Source: Eutreptiella sp. 'Long Island Sound 2002'
Taxonomy: Eukaryota; Protista; Euglenida
DNA length: 64,000 nucleotides
Direction of reading: 5' to 3'
Assembly: GCA_964036045.1 (NCBI GenBank)
Contig: OZ038378.1
Coordinates: forward strand, 15,438,001-15,502,000
Shown: positions 45,910 through 59,249 of the stretch, piece after piece
How the letters are laid out: each line of letters opens with the position of its first letter
Position numbering within the stretch: position 1 is the first letter of the stretch
Notes under the pieces: model-generated
The model's input: only the letters and a program-made list of their open reading frames with translations
Database searches by the model: none
What the model was told of the DNA's origin: nothing
Translations under genes and position numbers: made by a program

Positions 45910-48140
45910 GTGTACTGCAGCCTGAGCCGTGATTTCCAGGTGAACGGAAGAGAGACCACAGCGGCTGTCCAATCAAGGGATGATATTCATGCTCTCCCGT
46001 TCGTTGCGCCTCCACTCCAAGATGGCGAGTTTGCAAAATTCTTGGAGTTCTGTGTTAGGAATCCATATCTCCCTCCTGTGCAGTCACTGGGGTGGAGTGA
46101 TGTACGCGGCATATACACTATACCTCCCCGAGCCGTTTTGCCAAGAAGCATCTCAGTTTGTTCTGCTGGGTACTGCCACAAGGTTGAGAATGCAGCACGA
46201 TCTTGAGACACGGCTTCAAAATATCAGTAGGTTGCTTGAGGCAGCTGCCAACAAAGGCGGCCCCTTGGGAGGATGAACGCGGACATCGATTCGGAGGCGT
46301 ACGTATTGTACATACTGCATGGACGATGTTGCATAATGCGACCATGTCCTAAGTATTCAGGCACTGCAGCTTTCATTGGCTGGCCACTGTTATGGCAGTT
46401 TTCGGACAGTTTTCGTTATTACCTTTGCCCGAACTCTGTTGGCAAGCAGGGATTTGGTTGCTTGAACCAACAATGCACCACCCCTTGAGTAATGGGGAAC
46501 CATCACTTGGTGAGCACCCCCTTCCCGTCTGGGAGAGCCCTGCCCTGCAGGAGGGGGTGAGGAGGACGCAATGGAGGGCAGGGTAGCTTGTTTTGGATGC
46601 AAAGTACAGACTTGATTTCATAATCATAATGCGCATCGTTCCGCCCTGTGCACTCTCTCTTGGTTATGCCAACAGCCATTTGAATCCAACAAGCCAACTC
46701 CCAAAATACACCAAAAATCCAAAATTACAAAACTTACAACAGCTTTCAGCATCGAGCTGGAACCCTGGGAGTGTGCCAATTTCAGCATATCTGATATGCT
46801 GAAATCGGTGTATTCACACTCTAGGATTGAGTGTATTTCAGGCAGGGGCACATTGAGCAAGGTCAGTGTGTGTGTAGGCATTTGGGTTGGTTGCTCATTG
46901 CGCTTGTGTTTGTGCCTGTCCTCCTATTTGAGGTTGACCACTGAGAATTGGTTTTGTGGATTGGGCGAGCAGGTTTCAAAAATACGGTTCTTCCCCTTGG
47001 ACCACCGTATACCCACAAGGCCCGTGGGGGGGTGCCACCCAAGAGTTTACGTTGTCTGGGGTGTGGAGGGCGGGGGACCCCTACGTGGTGTGCATGCCTT
47101 TGGTATTGGGCGGCCCATTCGCTTGCTTGAGGTATTGGGCAGCCACCCAACGAATCTACACACCCTCCCAAGCATAATGAACTCCATGCACGGGGGAACA
47201 AAAACTAAAAAAATAGACACTTAGAAAGCGATCTGAAATGGGGGCAAGCAAGCAATGGGTGAATTAATGGGGTGTGTTTGCATAAGCACATGGGGAGGAG
47301 GGGAGGTGGCGGGGCATTTGTGTGAATTGACAACTTGGTTTGTTTCTGTTCGTCAACTGTGGGGCACAAACCACACCTCAGCACACACATGCTAGCACTG
47401 AGGCCTGCACCTACTTGGACGGCTACCTCTATTACAGTACCGGCTCCCTTAGCGCCTCCCCTCACTGCCCTGCTCTATGGGGCAAGCATCGGGGAAATTC
47501 AGTCAGAAAAACTCCAACCACTAGCACTAAAAATTATGTGCTGCTCTGTGCACCCACATGCAGGAGTGAGGGGGTCGGAGAAAAGCTTGTATGCCTTGGG
47601 GTTACGAAAACCCCATTCCCGAAACTCAGCACAATCACCCAAGGAAAAGGTGTAAGTGCGGAGCAATGCAAAAGTGCGAGCCCAAGCACACCCACGCACC
47701 CAACCCAAAAATTTGGCCACCAAGCCGAAAAACAAGGTTGAAACTTTGCCAAAAAAATGCGTACCACAGCAGGGGCGTGGTGTGGAGGGTCCACAAACCT
47801 TCAACTCTGAGCACCTGCACCCACATCTCAAAACCTTGATTTACAATGATGCCGGGTGGCGGAGGCTGATGTGTTGTGTTCTCTGCAGTGCAGTGTGTGC
47901 ATTGCAGTTCTTTGGATACGGTACTAGACAGTGCAGGTGAATGACATCGCTATTGCGGAAACAACAGCTCAGCTGTCTGATTAATGGTGCACGTCAACAT
48001 GGGTGATGACTGACAGTGCGGACTACGGCTGCGGCTGCCAGTGGCGTTGCACTGATATACAAAAACGGATCACTGAACGGGTGGGAAGCACACTTTCAGC
48101 AAAACAATCAAAGGCTTTGTATCGAAGACAAGCCACTTAA
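45910..48140 (+). CDS. Possible hypothetical multi-exon gene
   Basis: Protein-like frame ALPFVAPPLQDGEFAKFLEFCVRNPYLPPVQ (45910-46206) and a candidate last exon after GACTGACAG| reading ADYGCGCQWRCTDIQKRITERVGSTLSAKQSKALYRRQAT-stop. No family recognised. Confidence 0.25.
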
Positions 48141-48489
48141 CGATTTTTTAAAAACAACGCTTTACAAGGCCACCAAGCAGCCAATGGATGATCGTAGGGT
48201 GAGGCAACATGCCTAGCGCCCGCTAGATTACGGAAGCACAATAACAAAGGAGAGCGGTCCAACAAAAAATCAAACTCACCAACGCTATATTTAAACAAAT
48301 CAAAAAATTCAAACAACCAAGCGCTGGTCCACAGATCTAGCGCACGGGCACTTGCTAGTGATAGTGGGGCTAAGCCACAGGCCTAGCACCAATTTGAGCA
48401 TACAAAAAAGAGGGTACACAAATGAGGTCACCCAAAATAAAGAGATTGTTAGCACTAAAGGTTGTTGACCGCGCTGCCGACCAGACTGG

Positions 48490-48690
48490 GCGCGTGGGCG
48501 AGGATTCCATACTCTAAACAAATGAATGAGCGCGCCGAGGAAGATTCCAAGCTGCAAACAAAGGAATGCGCGCGATGGTGAAGACTCCAAGCTCCAAATG
48601 AAGAGATGCACGCGCTGGTGAGAACTCCATGCTTCAAACGAAAGTATGCGCATGTCGGTGAAGACACAAGGCTCCAAACGAAACAATGTG
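48490..48690 (+). repeat. Degenerate 40-bp minisatellite, 5 units
   Basis: Units start at about 48490, 48528, 48568, 48608 and 48648; consensus approx GCGCGCG.TGGTGAAGACTCCAAGCTCCAAACGAA..AAT. Confidence 0.85.
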
Positions 48691-49438
48691 CGTGCCCATC
48701 GTAAGAAGTTCGCCTTGGGGCACGTTGGCACCCAATGAGTAGCTTGCCAAAGACAGAGTCGACGCGGGATGGAAACCGTAGGGTGCGGCGACGGAACAAC
48801 GGTTTGCGGGGTGAAGATTCAATGCGGAGTGATGAAAGAGCGATTGATAAAGGCCAGATTCGAAGCGTGGGCCGTCCGGGGCGTCGTAACAAAGGGTTGG
48901 AGCACGCCGGCAGTCAATGAACAGACCAACAAGACGATGGGGCGCCGCAGAAGCCAAGAAATGCGCAGTGGAGCTCCGCCGCGAAGACTAGACTCTGTGC
49001 AAGTGCCGGCGAGCGCCAACAGTGAGATGTGACTCAAGTAGGCACCGGAAAGCATGGACACGAAGATTTCACTGAATACATGTCACCTTGAACTCACTGA
49101 AGAGACTTTCTGTTTACTTTGATGAAAGGCTCAGAAGCAGAAAGGTAGTAAAACACGATAAAAATGCAAGACGTGAACTCGTCCGCCAGCAGGCCACTGT
49201 CTCGTGGGCAGTGTTCATGTCTCCCTCTAGCCACAGCGCTTGTAGGGCTCGCACACTATGCACTTGACGCCAAGATTGACGATTCGGCATACTTATTTTT
49301 GATCCACTCAATGGTTGTGGAACACCAAAATCCGTCCAAGGGTCATAGTCCGCATTTTATTACAACGCTCGGCACACATTTAGGAAAGCTTGGTCTTGAT
49401 AAGCATGTTCAGGGGCGGTAGCCCCATACAAGGACTCT

Positions 49439-52180
49439 TCATTTCTCAACTTCAGACATAAATGGTATAAAGTTCGTTGAGAGGTCGACCACCTCGTCCA
49501 AATTGACGACCAATAGATTTACAGAGGTGCAGACATGACAATTTGTGAGCGACAATGAAACTGCTGCTCCGTGGCACACAAGCTTGTGCCAATTTCCACA
49601 CCCAATGCGCGGCGCTTGCACTATCAAGTAAATGAGGTAAGCTTAGTCTTAGATAATTCATGTTCATCGTTTGCCTTTACGACTTGTCTATGGTGAATTG
49701 ATTAGAGAGTGAAATTGATGATGTATGGTTTCATTTCTTGATTTGCTCTCACCTTTTGGTTCATCTGCTCACCAAACATTGATTAACTTCTCAACAAGTC
49801 ATGCGGTAAAAAAAACAATTGGGCATTTTTACGATCATACCAAAATGAGGACAAATTTTCACTTTTCGGCCTTCCGGTATACTACAATGGTGTCTCTTTC
49901 TACTTGTTGCCCCCTCCCGCTCAGTCCACCGTTGGCAATGGGTACCCATCCAGGTGTACCGGGCCTGTGGCGGGGGCAACTGCCCCCCTCTGTGAGGACC
50001 GAACACAGAGTTGTGAAACAGGGCAAGTTCTAGGGTTCCACTGGCACAACCACAACAAACACTGGCACAGCACGATTCAGTGATAAAAGTGGCAAGAGGC
50101 CGATTGGTGCCATCAACAATAGACAACCAAACACCATGGCTTCATGCCACCATTGGTCTTCGCGTGATGTTTTCGTACCCGCATAATCGGGCCATTGATT
50201 TGATTTTGGCGCATTGAACTCGGGGCGGATAATCATGATTAAATTTGGTCGTCTCTTTGTCTATCTTATACCCGTTTGCGAGCATGGAGCGAGTGTTTTG
50301 CGACGTCCATTTCCACTTAGTAGACGTGACTGTACAAGCTCAAATAGAGGATCAACTTCAACGGATCGACAGAAAACTACAACGAAATAGGACAATCATT
50401 TCGTAAGATTGTTGCTTTTTGCTGTTCGCTTTTCCGTATCATGCTTTTAAACCCCGTTGCCTACGTGCAGCAGCCACACGCAAACACTGCAAATTGTCGC
50501 ATAGTGTTGTGCATTGCGTAATGTACATAGATGAAAGATGCTCGGACTGTTTGTGTTCAGCATGTTCGAATAATTGCATTTGCATAATTTCGTATTACCA
50601 TGTTATTCAGAGAGGATAAAAAGTCTTAGGACAAAATCAGTGACTGCGTGCCTGTGCTCTGCGGGTACTCCAGTGGTGTCCTGTTGCAAAACTTTTCAAC
50701 GCGCCGGAGGTCGTTGGAACAGATCACAACCATCAACTGCCACAAGAAAGGACGCAGAGATCTGCATTTGAGTCCAAATTTCGGGAAAATGGTACCTCCT
50801 TTTTTAACAAGCTTATGCACAGCGCAGTGAGGAGTGACGGAGATTGTCGGAGGCTCTGCAACATATTCAAAGAGCATCCATCATGGGTTGTCATGCATCC
50901 TCTATCAGCTTCCAAACCTTTTCCATTGGCTTTTAGGCATCTTTCAGGGACTTGCAAGAACCATTACAGATCTTTTAGCAACATCTTGGCCATGCTTTCA
51001 TATGTCACTAAGCAACCTAAGCAGCATGTGCCAAACCGTAAATGTGCCGTCGCAATCTTCTTCTCCGATCACTAAGGCCTTACTTTGTGCGTTGTTTCTT
51101 AGACATTTGGCTACCGCCCTTTAAAAATCTTACTGTGTAGTGCACTCACCCTTCATGGTTTGCTATATGATGTTGTTCAAACTTTTTACCACTATTTTAA
51201 ATTCTTTAACCTTTGTTAGCTTGATGCAATGTTACACGCATTAGCAATGTTATACGCAGTATAGTTAAAATCATATCCGCTTACGGGTCTCAACGGAGGC
51301 CTGTGTGAAAATGTGGCTGCAAATGCTCAATAAAACGAATAAAAAATAGAAAGAGACATGAAACTCATGCAACCATAATACGAATTATCGAATATCTTCG
51401 ATGCGGTTGATTGGGAACTTTAAAGCCTTCCAAGAAAATAATTCGCTCACCCCGAACTACCACATCCTAACCAGCTAGGTGTGTAAAAGACGTGAACTCA
51501 AAAAGTAGAGAAAGAGGAAGAAACTCTTTTGGACTTCTTGAAAGTGGGGGCGGGAGGGGCGGCATGCACGCACCTTAGCAAATGAGCTCAACCACTCCAA
51601 GCAGAAAATTTACAGGCAATGCAACCAAAGCACACACAACACACTGGAACACAACAAAAGACCTTCTAACTACAATGTTGAATCCTTCCGCATCGCAATC
51701 TGTGGTGCCATTGAGCAGCACTGACCAGGCCTATGGTGTAGTCCGCTAGCCAAATTCTGAAATGGGCTGCAAGTGGTGGATGCTTGGAGGGAATGGAGGC
51801 ATCAAGCCTCCTCACTCTGTTTTTTGGCACACAGATTGTTTTTGACATGCACTTGCGTTACATAGTTTGTCAGATCTTTCCTCTTATCTTTAGTTCAACA
51901 GTTCTAGGCCCAACGAGTGGTCACCTCTTGGTGCTGAGCGTAAGCCGGCTGCTCATCAGCATAACCACAAAACTTATGCTCTGGCCCAAAGTGAAGTACT
52001 GTTTTGGGGTCGGGAGCATCACAAAAATAGCTGGTGAAATGACCATTGTAACTGCCCAGCCGAACCTTCAGCAGTTCGACGAGGCTACGGTTAGAGGCAA
52101 AGTCGACGGTTCCACCAAATGGTCTCATTACATGGTCCCATTTCTGAAATACGTACAACCACTGCTCTCGCACAGCACAT
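49439..52180 (-). CDS. Possible hypothetical multi-exon gene, head-to-head with Mo25
   Basis: Candidate exon bounded by TTTCTGTGCAG| and GAG|GTGACC reads RCAVREQWLYVFQKWDHVMRPFGGTVDFASNRSLVELLKVRLGSYNGHFTSYFCDAPDPKTVLHFGPEHKFCGYADEQPAYAQHQE. Further short exon-like ORFs lie at about 50.0-51.0 kb and 49.4-49.6 kb. The chain was not resolved. Confidence 0.3.
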
Positions 52181-52643
52181 CTCTGCACAGAAAAAGCAAA
52201 AGAATGCAGACTCCTGGCCTCAGATAGTGCGTCGACATTTGCGGGTGTAGGGTCTCGTCCTATCAAACATCCATCGCATCTACAATGTATGGATAATACG
52301 GTATCCTATTTGTCTTTTACACGAAGAAAGGTCAACATCGACCCTATTTCTGCTCGGCAAAAAACTTCGATACACCGACGGTACTTTCTAGCCTCAATGT
52401 GCAAATTTTGCATTCGATGGCACTCGACACTTGAATTCAAATGGATTTCGTGAAGATCTATCGAAATATACTTCACCCCGTCTGTTGCGTAGGCGAGCCT
52501 TTATGTCCGCCTTGTAGGGTTGTGCTACAACGTGGGGAATGCGTAGAAGCGCACGCGAGCTGTTAGCGTTGCAGGCGCGGCCCTCCTTTTTTCATACCGG
52601 GTGCACATCCCATTCTGCTGGGGTTTTCTGGTGCCCGAAAGCA

Positions 52644-55600
52644 ATGAAAAGCCTTTTCAAGCAAGCTACAAAGCTCAAGCCTCCAGGTATAATAATCCTA
52701 TTCCTCAAATGCTTCTCACGTCTTTCGCCAATCTATTTTGTATCCTTAAAATTTTTGCAGCGGAGCTTGCCAAAGGTTTGACGACGAGCCTTGCAAACTT
52801 GAAAGCAGAGGGAGTAAAAGGTGAAAAGGTATCACCCTGTGCACTTGGATTCGTCCACGTCCACGGATGCGTCATGGGGCGTGAGTGTTGCTGCTGCGTC
52901 CGTTGGAACTCTCAGTTGCTTTGGTTCACAACAACAGGTTGGTCCAAGGCAATGGTCCAACGTAGGGTTTTCGAGCGGGCGATCCACCAAACCTTCGTCT
53001 CACGTAGGCGGTCGAGGAGGCGTCAAAATACTTGAGGGATATGAAATACACATTATATGGAAGCGATGGCGTCAATCCACCCAAGGAAGCAGGTGCGAAT
53101 GTTACTTCGCTTGAATCACATCAAAAGTCGTCCGTCCCGAAAGAATCCGTTTTCCTTCACCTGTGGTGACCTCTTGCTTCGAAAGACTTTCTCGTTGGTT
53201 CTTTTTGGTTCCCCATAGATTGCGATGACCTATGTGAACTCCTCCTAAAAGAAGATGCGGATGAAGGATTGATTCAAAAATTGATCGAATACTTGCCGAA
53301 ATTGGAGTTTGAGGTGTTTCACTTTGTTTCGTGATCACATTGCATCGACGCAATGTGTGTTGTGTTTTACGTGTGACGTGATTGCTCGGCGAGAATATGG
53401 GCAGGAGCCACAAGGTTGCTTTGCTCTCGGACCGCGTCGGATTCAATGTAGCTAGACCTTGAACTTTGTGAGCACAATGTGCCCGCAAAGCATGACTTGC
53501 GCCGGCGTTTGAGCGCTTCCATTTGTGTGAAAGGGCCCTAGAATAAGCTAGGTAAGAGCGATTTTTTGAACACAGGCCCGAAAGGACGTTAGCAGCGTCT
53601 ACAGTTATTTGCTTCGGCGCACGACATCAAACGGAAAATTCCCCGCCGTGGAGTACACCATTCAACATGCCGACATCATCCAACGGCTCGTGCTCGGGTT
53701 TGTTTGTTGCCCGTTGCGTGAAGTTGTCCAGCGGTTTTGCGGTGTTTTGGTCGGCTCGATAATGTGCATTCGTGATCGTTTCTTCATGCCGTGCCTCCCC
53801 TCAACTTTTCAACCGTGAAACCGCGAACCCCAAATGCAGGCATGAAATTGTCGATATTGCGTTGTGTTGTGGGCAAGTGCTCCGGGAGGCAATCATGCAT
53901 GAGATCATCGCCAAGTACATTTTGTGGAACGAGTCTTTGTTTTACAACTTCTTTCGGTACATAAATTTCACGAATTTTGAAGTGGCTTCAGATGCTTTTG
54001 CCACTTTCAAGGTATGCACCAAGTGATGGAATCTTTGATAGATACCACCCGGGTGTGATTGTGGCCATACGAGGGCTTTTTTCCGTGTTGTTCTTCCAAC
54101 GTTACATGCGCCGCCTTCCTCCGTGCCGTTGCATGGCTTACTTCCACGTGCACACCTACGCCCAACCCAAACCATCTGCCCTTGACAAGCTCTTTTCCAC
54201 ATGCCTTTTCTTGTAGGACCTTGTGACGAAGCATCGCGTAACTTGTGCTGAATTCATGGAGAAATTTTATGACAAGGTATTTTCGAGGCGTGACGCACAT
54301 TGAAGGTCCTTAGTACGGAACTCATTGAACCGGTTCAACGATTCAGAGGACGCGTTGTTCCATGGGCACGGTCTTCTTGCAAAACATTACGTGGTCGCCG
54401 GCTTGTGTGTCTTTTTTTTCAAGTTTTTCAAGGAATTCAACAACCTCATCAAGTCCAACAATTATGTCACCAGGCGCGAATCCTTGAAGGTGTGAATGTC
54501 GCGACATGGAACGTGAACGTCTACTTGTGACACAAGGGGCACGATCGATATTTGTGCCCGTGGATACGAATGCAACCCCGTCGAATTGTTCCACAGCTTC
54601 TTGGGGAGGTTTTATTGGATCGTACCAATTTCAATATTATGACGCGATACATAGCCGACCCCGAAAACTTGAAGTTGATTATGATTGCATTGAAAGACCG
54701 GAGCAAGCATATTCAATTCGAGGCGTTTCATGTGTTCAAAGTATGAGTTCTCTCGATTCCAAATCGGCCGTTGAATGATTTCACATGATGTTGTGGATGG
54801 ATCTACCCTCCCCCCCCCCGGTAGACCCACGAGCAAATGGGGTGGCTCAAAGACCCACCCCATTTTCACAGCCGTTCCCGGATCAAACATTTTAAGAGAC
54901 CCCAAGGCACAAAATTAGCCACCCCGCTGTCAAACAACCAACCATAACCTTGCCATCGCACCAAATACAATTGGTTGCCACGATGAAGTGGGTCGGTGGA
55001 ACGAACGCATTGCTATCACCACCCCAGAAACCCCTCACGTTGCCTAGCCCCCGGGTCCACCACCAATGCATTCTAGGGAGAGCAAGGCCACATCGTTCCA
55101 TGGTGAAGGGTTTTCGAGCTCCATGCGGCACATATTCTTGCTTACCCTCGGTGAAGGGAAGAACAAGGGGAGCCCGATCGGTACTCTTAGCTGTCTCGGT
55201 TCCCCGTACAGAGGGCCTCGTCTCCCACTACGCAACGAGCTGGCCTATGCCCTTCCCCCCGAAACTAGTTCTCAAAGTGTGTCTCAAAAAATCCTTTTGA
55301 ATTCTTAATCGAGTTCTTTTCTTAATCCGGGTCCGAGTTGTTGAGGGGTTGAGGTTGGACTCCAACACATTACGATTCTTTCGATCACCTACGACGTAAC
55401 GGATGGGTGTGACGAGGTGCTTTTGATTACAAGATGATTCATTAAATTAGTGCGTTTTGCACGGGTTCTCGACACAGGTATTCGTTGCAAATCCGAACAA
55501 ACCAGAGTCCATCCGGCAAATCCTTTTCATGAACAAAGACAAGCTGACCAATTTCCTGAAAGATTTCCAACAAGAGCGAGGTTTGATGCAGAGTTCTTGC

Positions 55601-55891
55601 TTTCGTTTGGGGTCTACCCAGGCTAGGGAGTGCAGAATATGCGGGGCTGAATTTCGGAGTGCGGGGTTGTAATACCTGTGGATTGCGTTGAAGGCCAATT
55701 ATAGACACACGCCCATAAGTGATGTTAACGTCCCGTGGCTGGGCTTTTGAAATACGGCGTAGTGTTGTCTTAGGGTGCGGCTTCACTCTACATCCATTTT
55801 GATGGCTTTCGTAGATCACGAGGGCGATGAACAATTTTCGGAAGAAAAGAAGATTGTCATAAATGAAGTCGACAAAGTCAGCTATCCGTAG
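52644..55891 (+). CDS. CAB39: Mo25 / calcium-binding protein 39 (LKB1-STRAD and STE20-kinase scaffold), complete 11-exon gene
   Basis: Exons 52644-52686, 52761-52828, 53008-53092, 53219-53313, 53576-53697, 53840-54011, 54217-54276, 54424-54489, 54597-54740, 55478-55580 and 55815-55891 are all GT-AG and phase-consistent. Motifs [57 protein letters not shown] and DEQFSEEK. Confidence 0.95.
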
Positions 55892-58800
55892 CCATGCTTT
55901 GCTGTCCACATATGCGATGAGGTTCAATGACGTGAGGCGATTCACGGCATGGCGGCATAGACAGGATCTGCAAATAAGGGAGGGATTGATTGGTGCATGG
56001 GCGGTACCAACCCGCCCATGTCCGCCAGCAGGCCCCTGACACCAATGAAAGCACAGCTGTGCAGCGTGGGTTGTGGATGCCGGCGCTGGCTTGTCCGCTG
56101 TGCCTTCGGAGAACAGACCCTTGGTGCTTGAGGGCTGAGGGGTACATGCAGGACTCCTTCTGCCGACTCATCGGGCGTGGCTTTTGTCCCGGGTTATCAA
56201 CAACCCCCCTTAGGCACGTGCAGTAATGGCGCTGCAGCCCCGCCGCTTTCCCCAAGCTGACCGAAAAAGACCTGCCAGTCAAATGCCCTATCCCTCTGAA
56301 CATAACACTATGATCGAACGCCTGTTTCTGGTATGCACATGGTCCCAAACCACCAAATGCATTGCTCTAATCTCGTCCACCAGCATCTCCTCATCAGTTC
56401 CGTCCCGTAACCATTGCAAAGCGAAAACCAGACATTTTGGCAGGTCTGTGCGTTGCTGAAGGGCGGGTTTCAGGTTTTCTTCCGCTTCTTCTTTTTTGTT
56501 TTGCACTTTTGGCCTTTTGGTTTTTTGGGGGGCAGGGGGTTGCAGGGCATTTTTCAGCAGTTTTGAGGGAAATGCCCCCTTCCCCACGGGTGAGGGTGGG
56601 TTTTGGGATGTTGTGTTTTCGGGGGCCACTGCGGTGGTGCGTGTGATGTGCCGTTCGGGCCTTCCTACGAAACAGAGCGCGCACACGGGTGGGCGGGATG
56701 GGGGGGAGTGGTGGCCAACCAACGCCCCATACCCGCCCCCCCTTTGGGCAGTCAGGCAATGGCCTGGTGTGTTGATATGTGATGAAAATGTGGGTGTGCA
56801 GGTGCAGGGGCCTGTACGTGCACGTGTGGTTGCCACCGTGTCACCCCCTTCCCTGGGCGTTTTTTAGCATTCCAGGCCAACAGTTTCGTTGCACGCGTGT
56901 GGTGTATGATGGCTCCTTGGCCCTATCCACAAATGGGAAGGGGGCGGGGGGGCAGTTGTGCGTGGTGGGGGTTAGCGGCTGGTTGGGTGTTGCCCTGTGT
57001 CGGCGCGTATGCTGTGCGTAGGAAGGGTGCATGTGTGTGGGCCGACCGGCACTTCCTGGCAAAGTCCCGAGCAATACGGTCATCCTTTCGGCACCCCTCA
57101 AATGGATTTCGTTTGCCCTGGACGAGAAGAATTGTGTGTCAGTCTCTGGTGACTGCTGCATATGTTCCGCGTAGCCTCGGGCAGACGCATGGCGTCACAT
57201 TAGGTGACCTCCGGCATCGGCGGCCTCTGGCATGCCGGAGGCTCACAGCAAGTCTGCTTCTGCGCTCGGCCTCACCTGGACTCCGATGTGAAAGGGCATG
57301 CGTCGGTGAATGGCACGATATTCTGAGCATAGGCCCCCGGCGGGGGTGCACCCGAGCCCCCCCCCCCGCCCCCCGACGCCTCTGCTGCTTTTTCTGCTTT
57401 GAAGGATAGTGCCGTAGCGACCAAAATTTTTCTCCAGAAATCCGGGGCGCTGCCACAGGTCGGATGGGACCGTTTTGGTAAACTGTGCTTTTTTTTTGGC
57501 CATTTTTCTGTTGAAGAAATGAAGTGTGGCCCAACCACTCTTTGGCTCCCCTCCCTGGGGGACCCCGATACGGCAGGGTTTGTGTAGCTATTGTTAAGCT
57601 CCGCGCTCTGGGTACCCCAACGCAGGAGGCATTATGACGTGTTGCCCGGGGCGATGAGACAAACAACTGACCCCAACCCCAGCGCCTTTACCCACTCCCT
57701 TAACGCACGCTGCTCTGACTGCGGAACCCATTGCCTCATTCATGTGTGCAGTGGACACCGGTATATCCGGCGTTCGGCATTTCACTTATTTTCTCACTGC
57801 AACGATTCATTACATGTTCGTTCCCCTCCTCTGACCCAGAACAGTTTTTCGGTTGCCAGACAAGTCTCCAGTCAGCTGTTGTAGCATGCATCCACAGCTC
57901 AGGACCACAGATTTGGGGCGCGTACCAAATCACAGGTCCCTGGGCCCTGACAGCGCACAACGTGGTATGGTATTGCTCAGTTGGAGTGTTGCTGTGTTGT
58001 TTCTCCACCCAATTTTTTGTGACGAATATGTGCTGCGCCGTGTGCCCTCTTGCTGCGGTTTTTCCCAAGCCACAACTCATCTGGGGGCGCAAGGGGCAGA
58101 CCGCTGGCGGGCCCTGAGCCGGCTCTGGCAGTCAGAATGTGGTCACCGCCTTCGGTGTGCAGGGGTGCCGCCTGCGACAGTGGGGAAGGCGGTGGCATGA
58201 ACAGGGGTCACCTCCCACCGCAGCTTGTGTCAGAGCACACCAGCACACCCTCTGTTCTGGGAAGCAGGGCGATTCTCGCCAAAACGCACCAATGCTCCAA
58301 TGCAAAAGGGTCATTTGGTAAGCAAACATGTACTGGCAATCGGTGGCTGCAGCTGGGCAGGGCTGCCCTTAATAAACCGGGCGGTTTTAACACAAAAAAA
58401 CGTCGGGCAGCCCTTAAGGACCGCCCCCAGGCCGGCGGTAATCGGCCGACCGCCGGCCGTTTACCATCAATTGTTGGCAGTTACTGGTAGTTTTTTGTCC
58501 GTTAGCCACCAAATGCTGTCGTAAAAGTACCAATTCCTGTAACTTAATATCGGTGACGGGCCAGGCGCTGTTGGTTGATTGCTTTCGTGCTGCATTCTTG
58601 TAGCCAAGTGTAAATCAACGAGGCTTTTGTGCTGAAGGACAGCCTTAAGCCCGGGGTGGCATTCACTTTCTCCCGTAAATGGAGCCTTCGTCTGATGGGA
58701 GAAGGGCAACCTGTAGTGGTCACCTGCACATATCGAGCAGTGACCAGGCATCATGTGAAAGAGTTGGGGGGGTTTCCACATCTGATTCGAATTATGACAT

Positions 58801-59249
58801 ATCACCTTGACACATTTTGACCTCAATGCATGAGAAAGCAGTGAATCACAGAAGAACCCTGCGAGAAATGATAATGCTCCCCTGAGCACCAGACATGCCA
58901 TGTATGTCATTATCCTCCTGCTGCTGTTCTGCCATCAACAGTGCTCTGTGCTGCAACCAGTTTGGGTTTTGGAGTAGACTTCCATGCCGCATGCATCGCC
59001 CTCCTTTTTCGCAGCAGTGACCTTGAACCCATGACCCTTCAGGCTTATGTGCTGCTTTGTAGCTGGTGGTGGTGGTGGTGGTGGTGGTGATGTATCTTTT
59101 GGGGGCTGCCAGTGTCACCACCCTCTTTTTGACCGATGGGAGTCTTGTCTCTTTCATGTCAACCCAAACTCGTCTCACCCCCCACCCCAACCCCCCACCC
59201 CCTTCCCACACACCAATTCCCCCAGCAGCCAGCACATGTCCACGTCGAA

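Noticed and set aside
48490-48690. CRISPR-like array
   Set aside because: Whole units are mutually similar, with no conserved repeat plus unique spacers, and no cas genes in a eukaryotic context.
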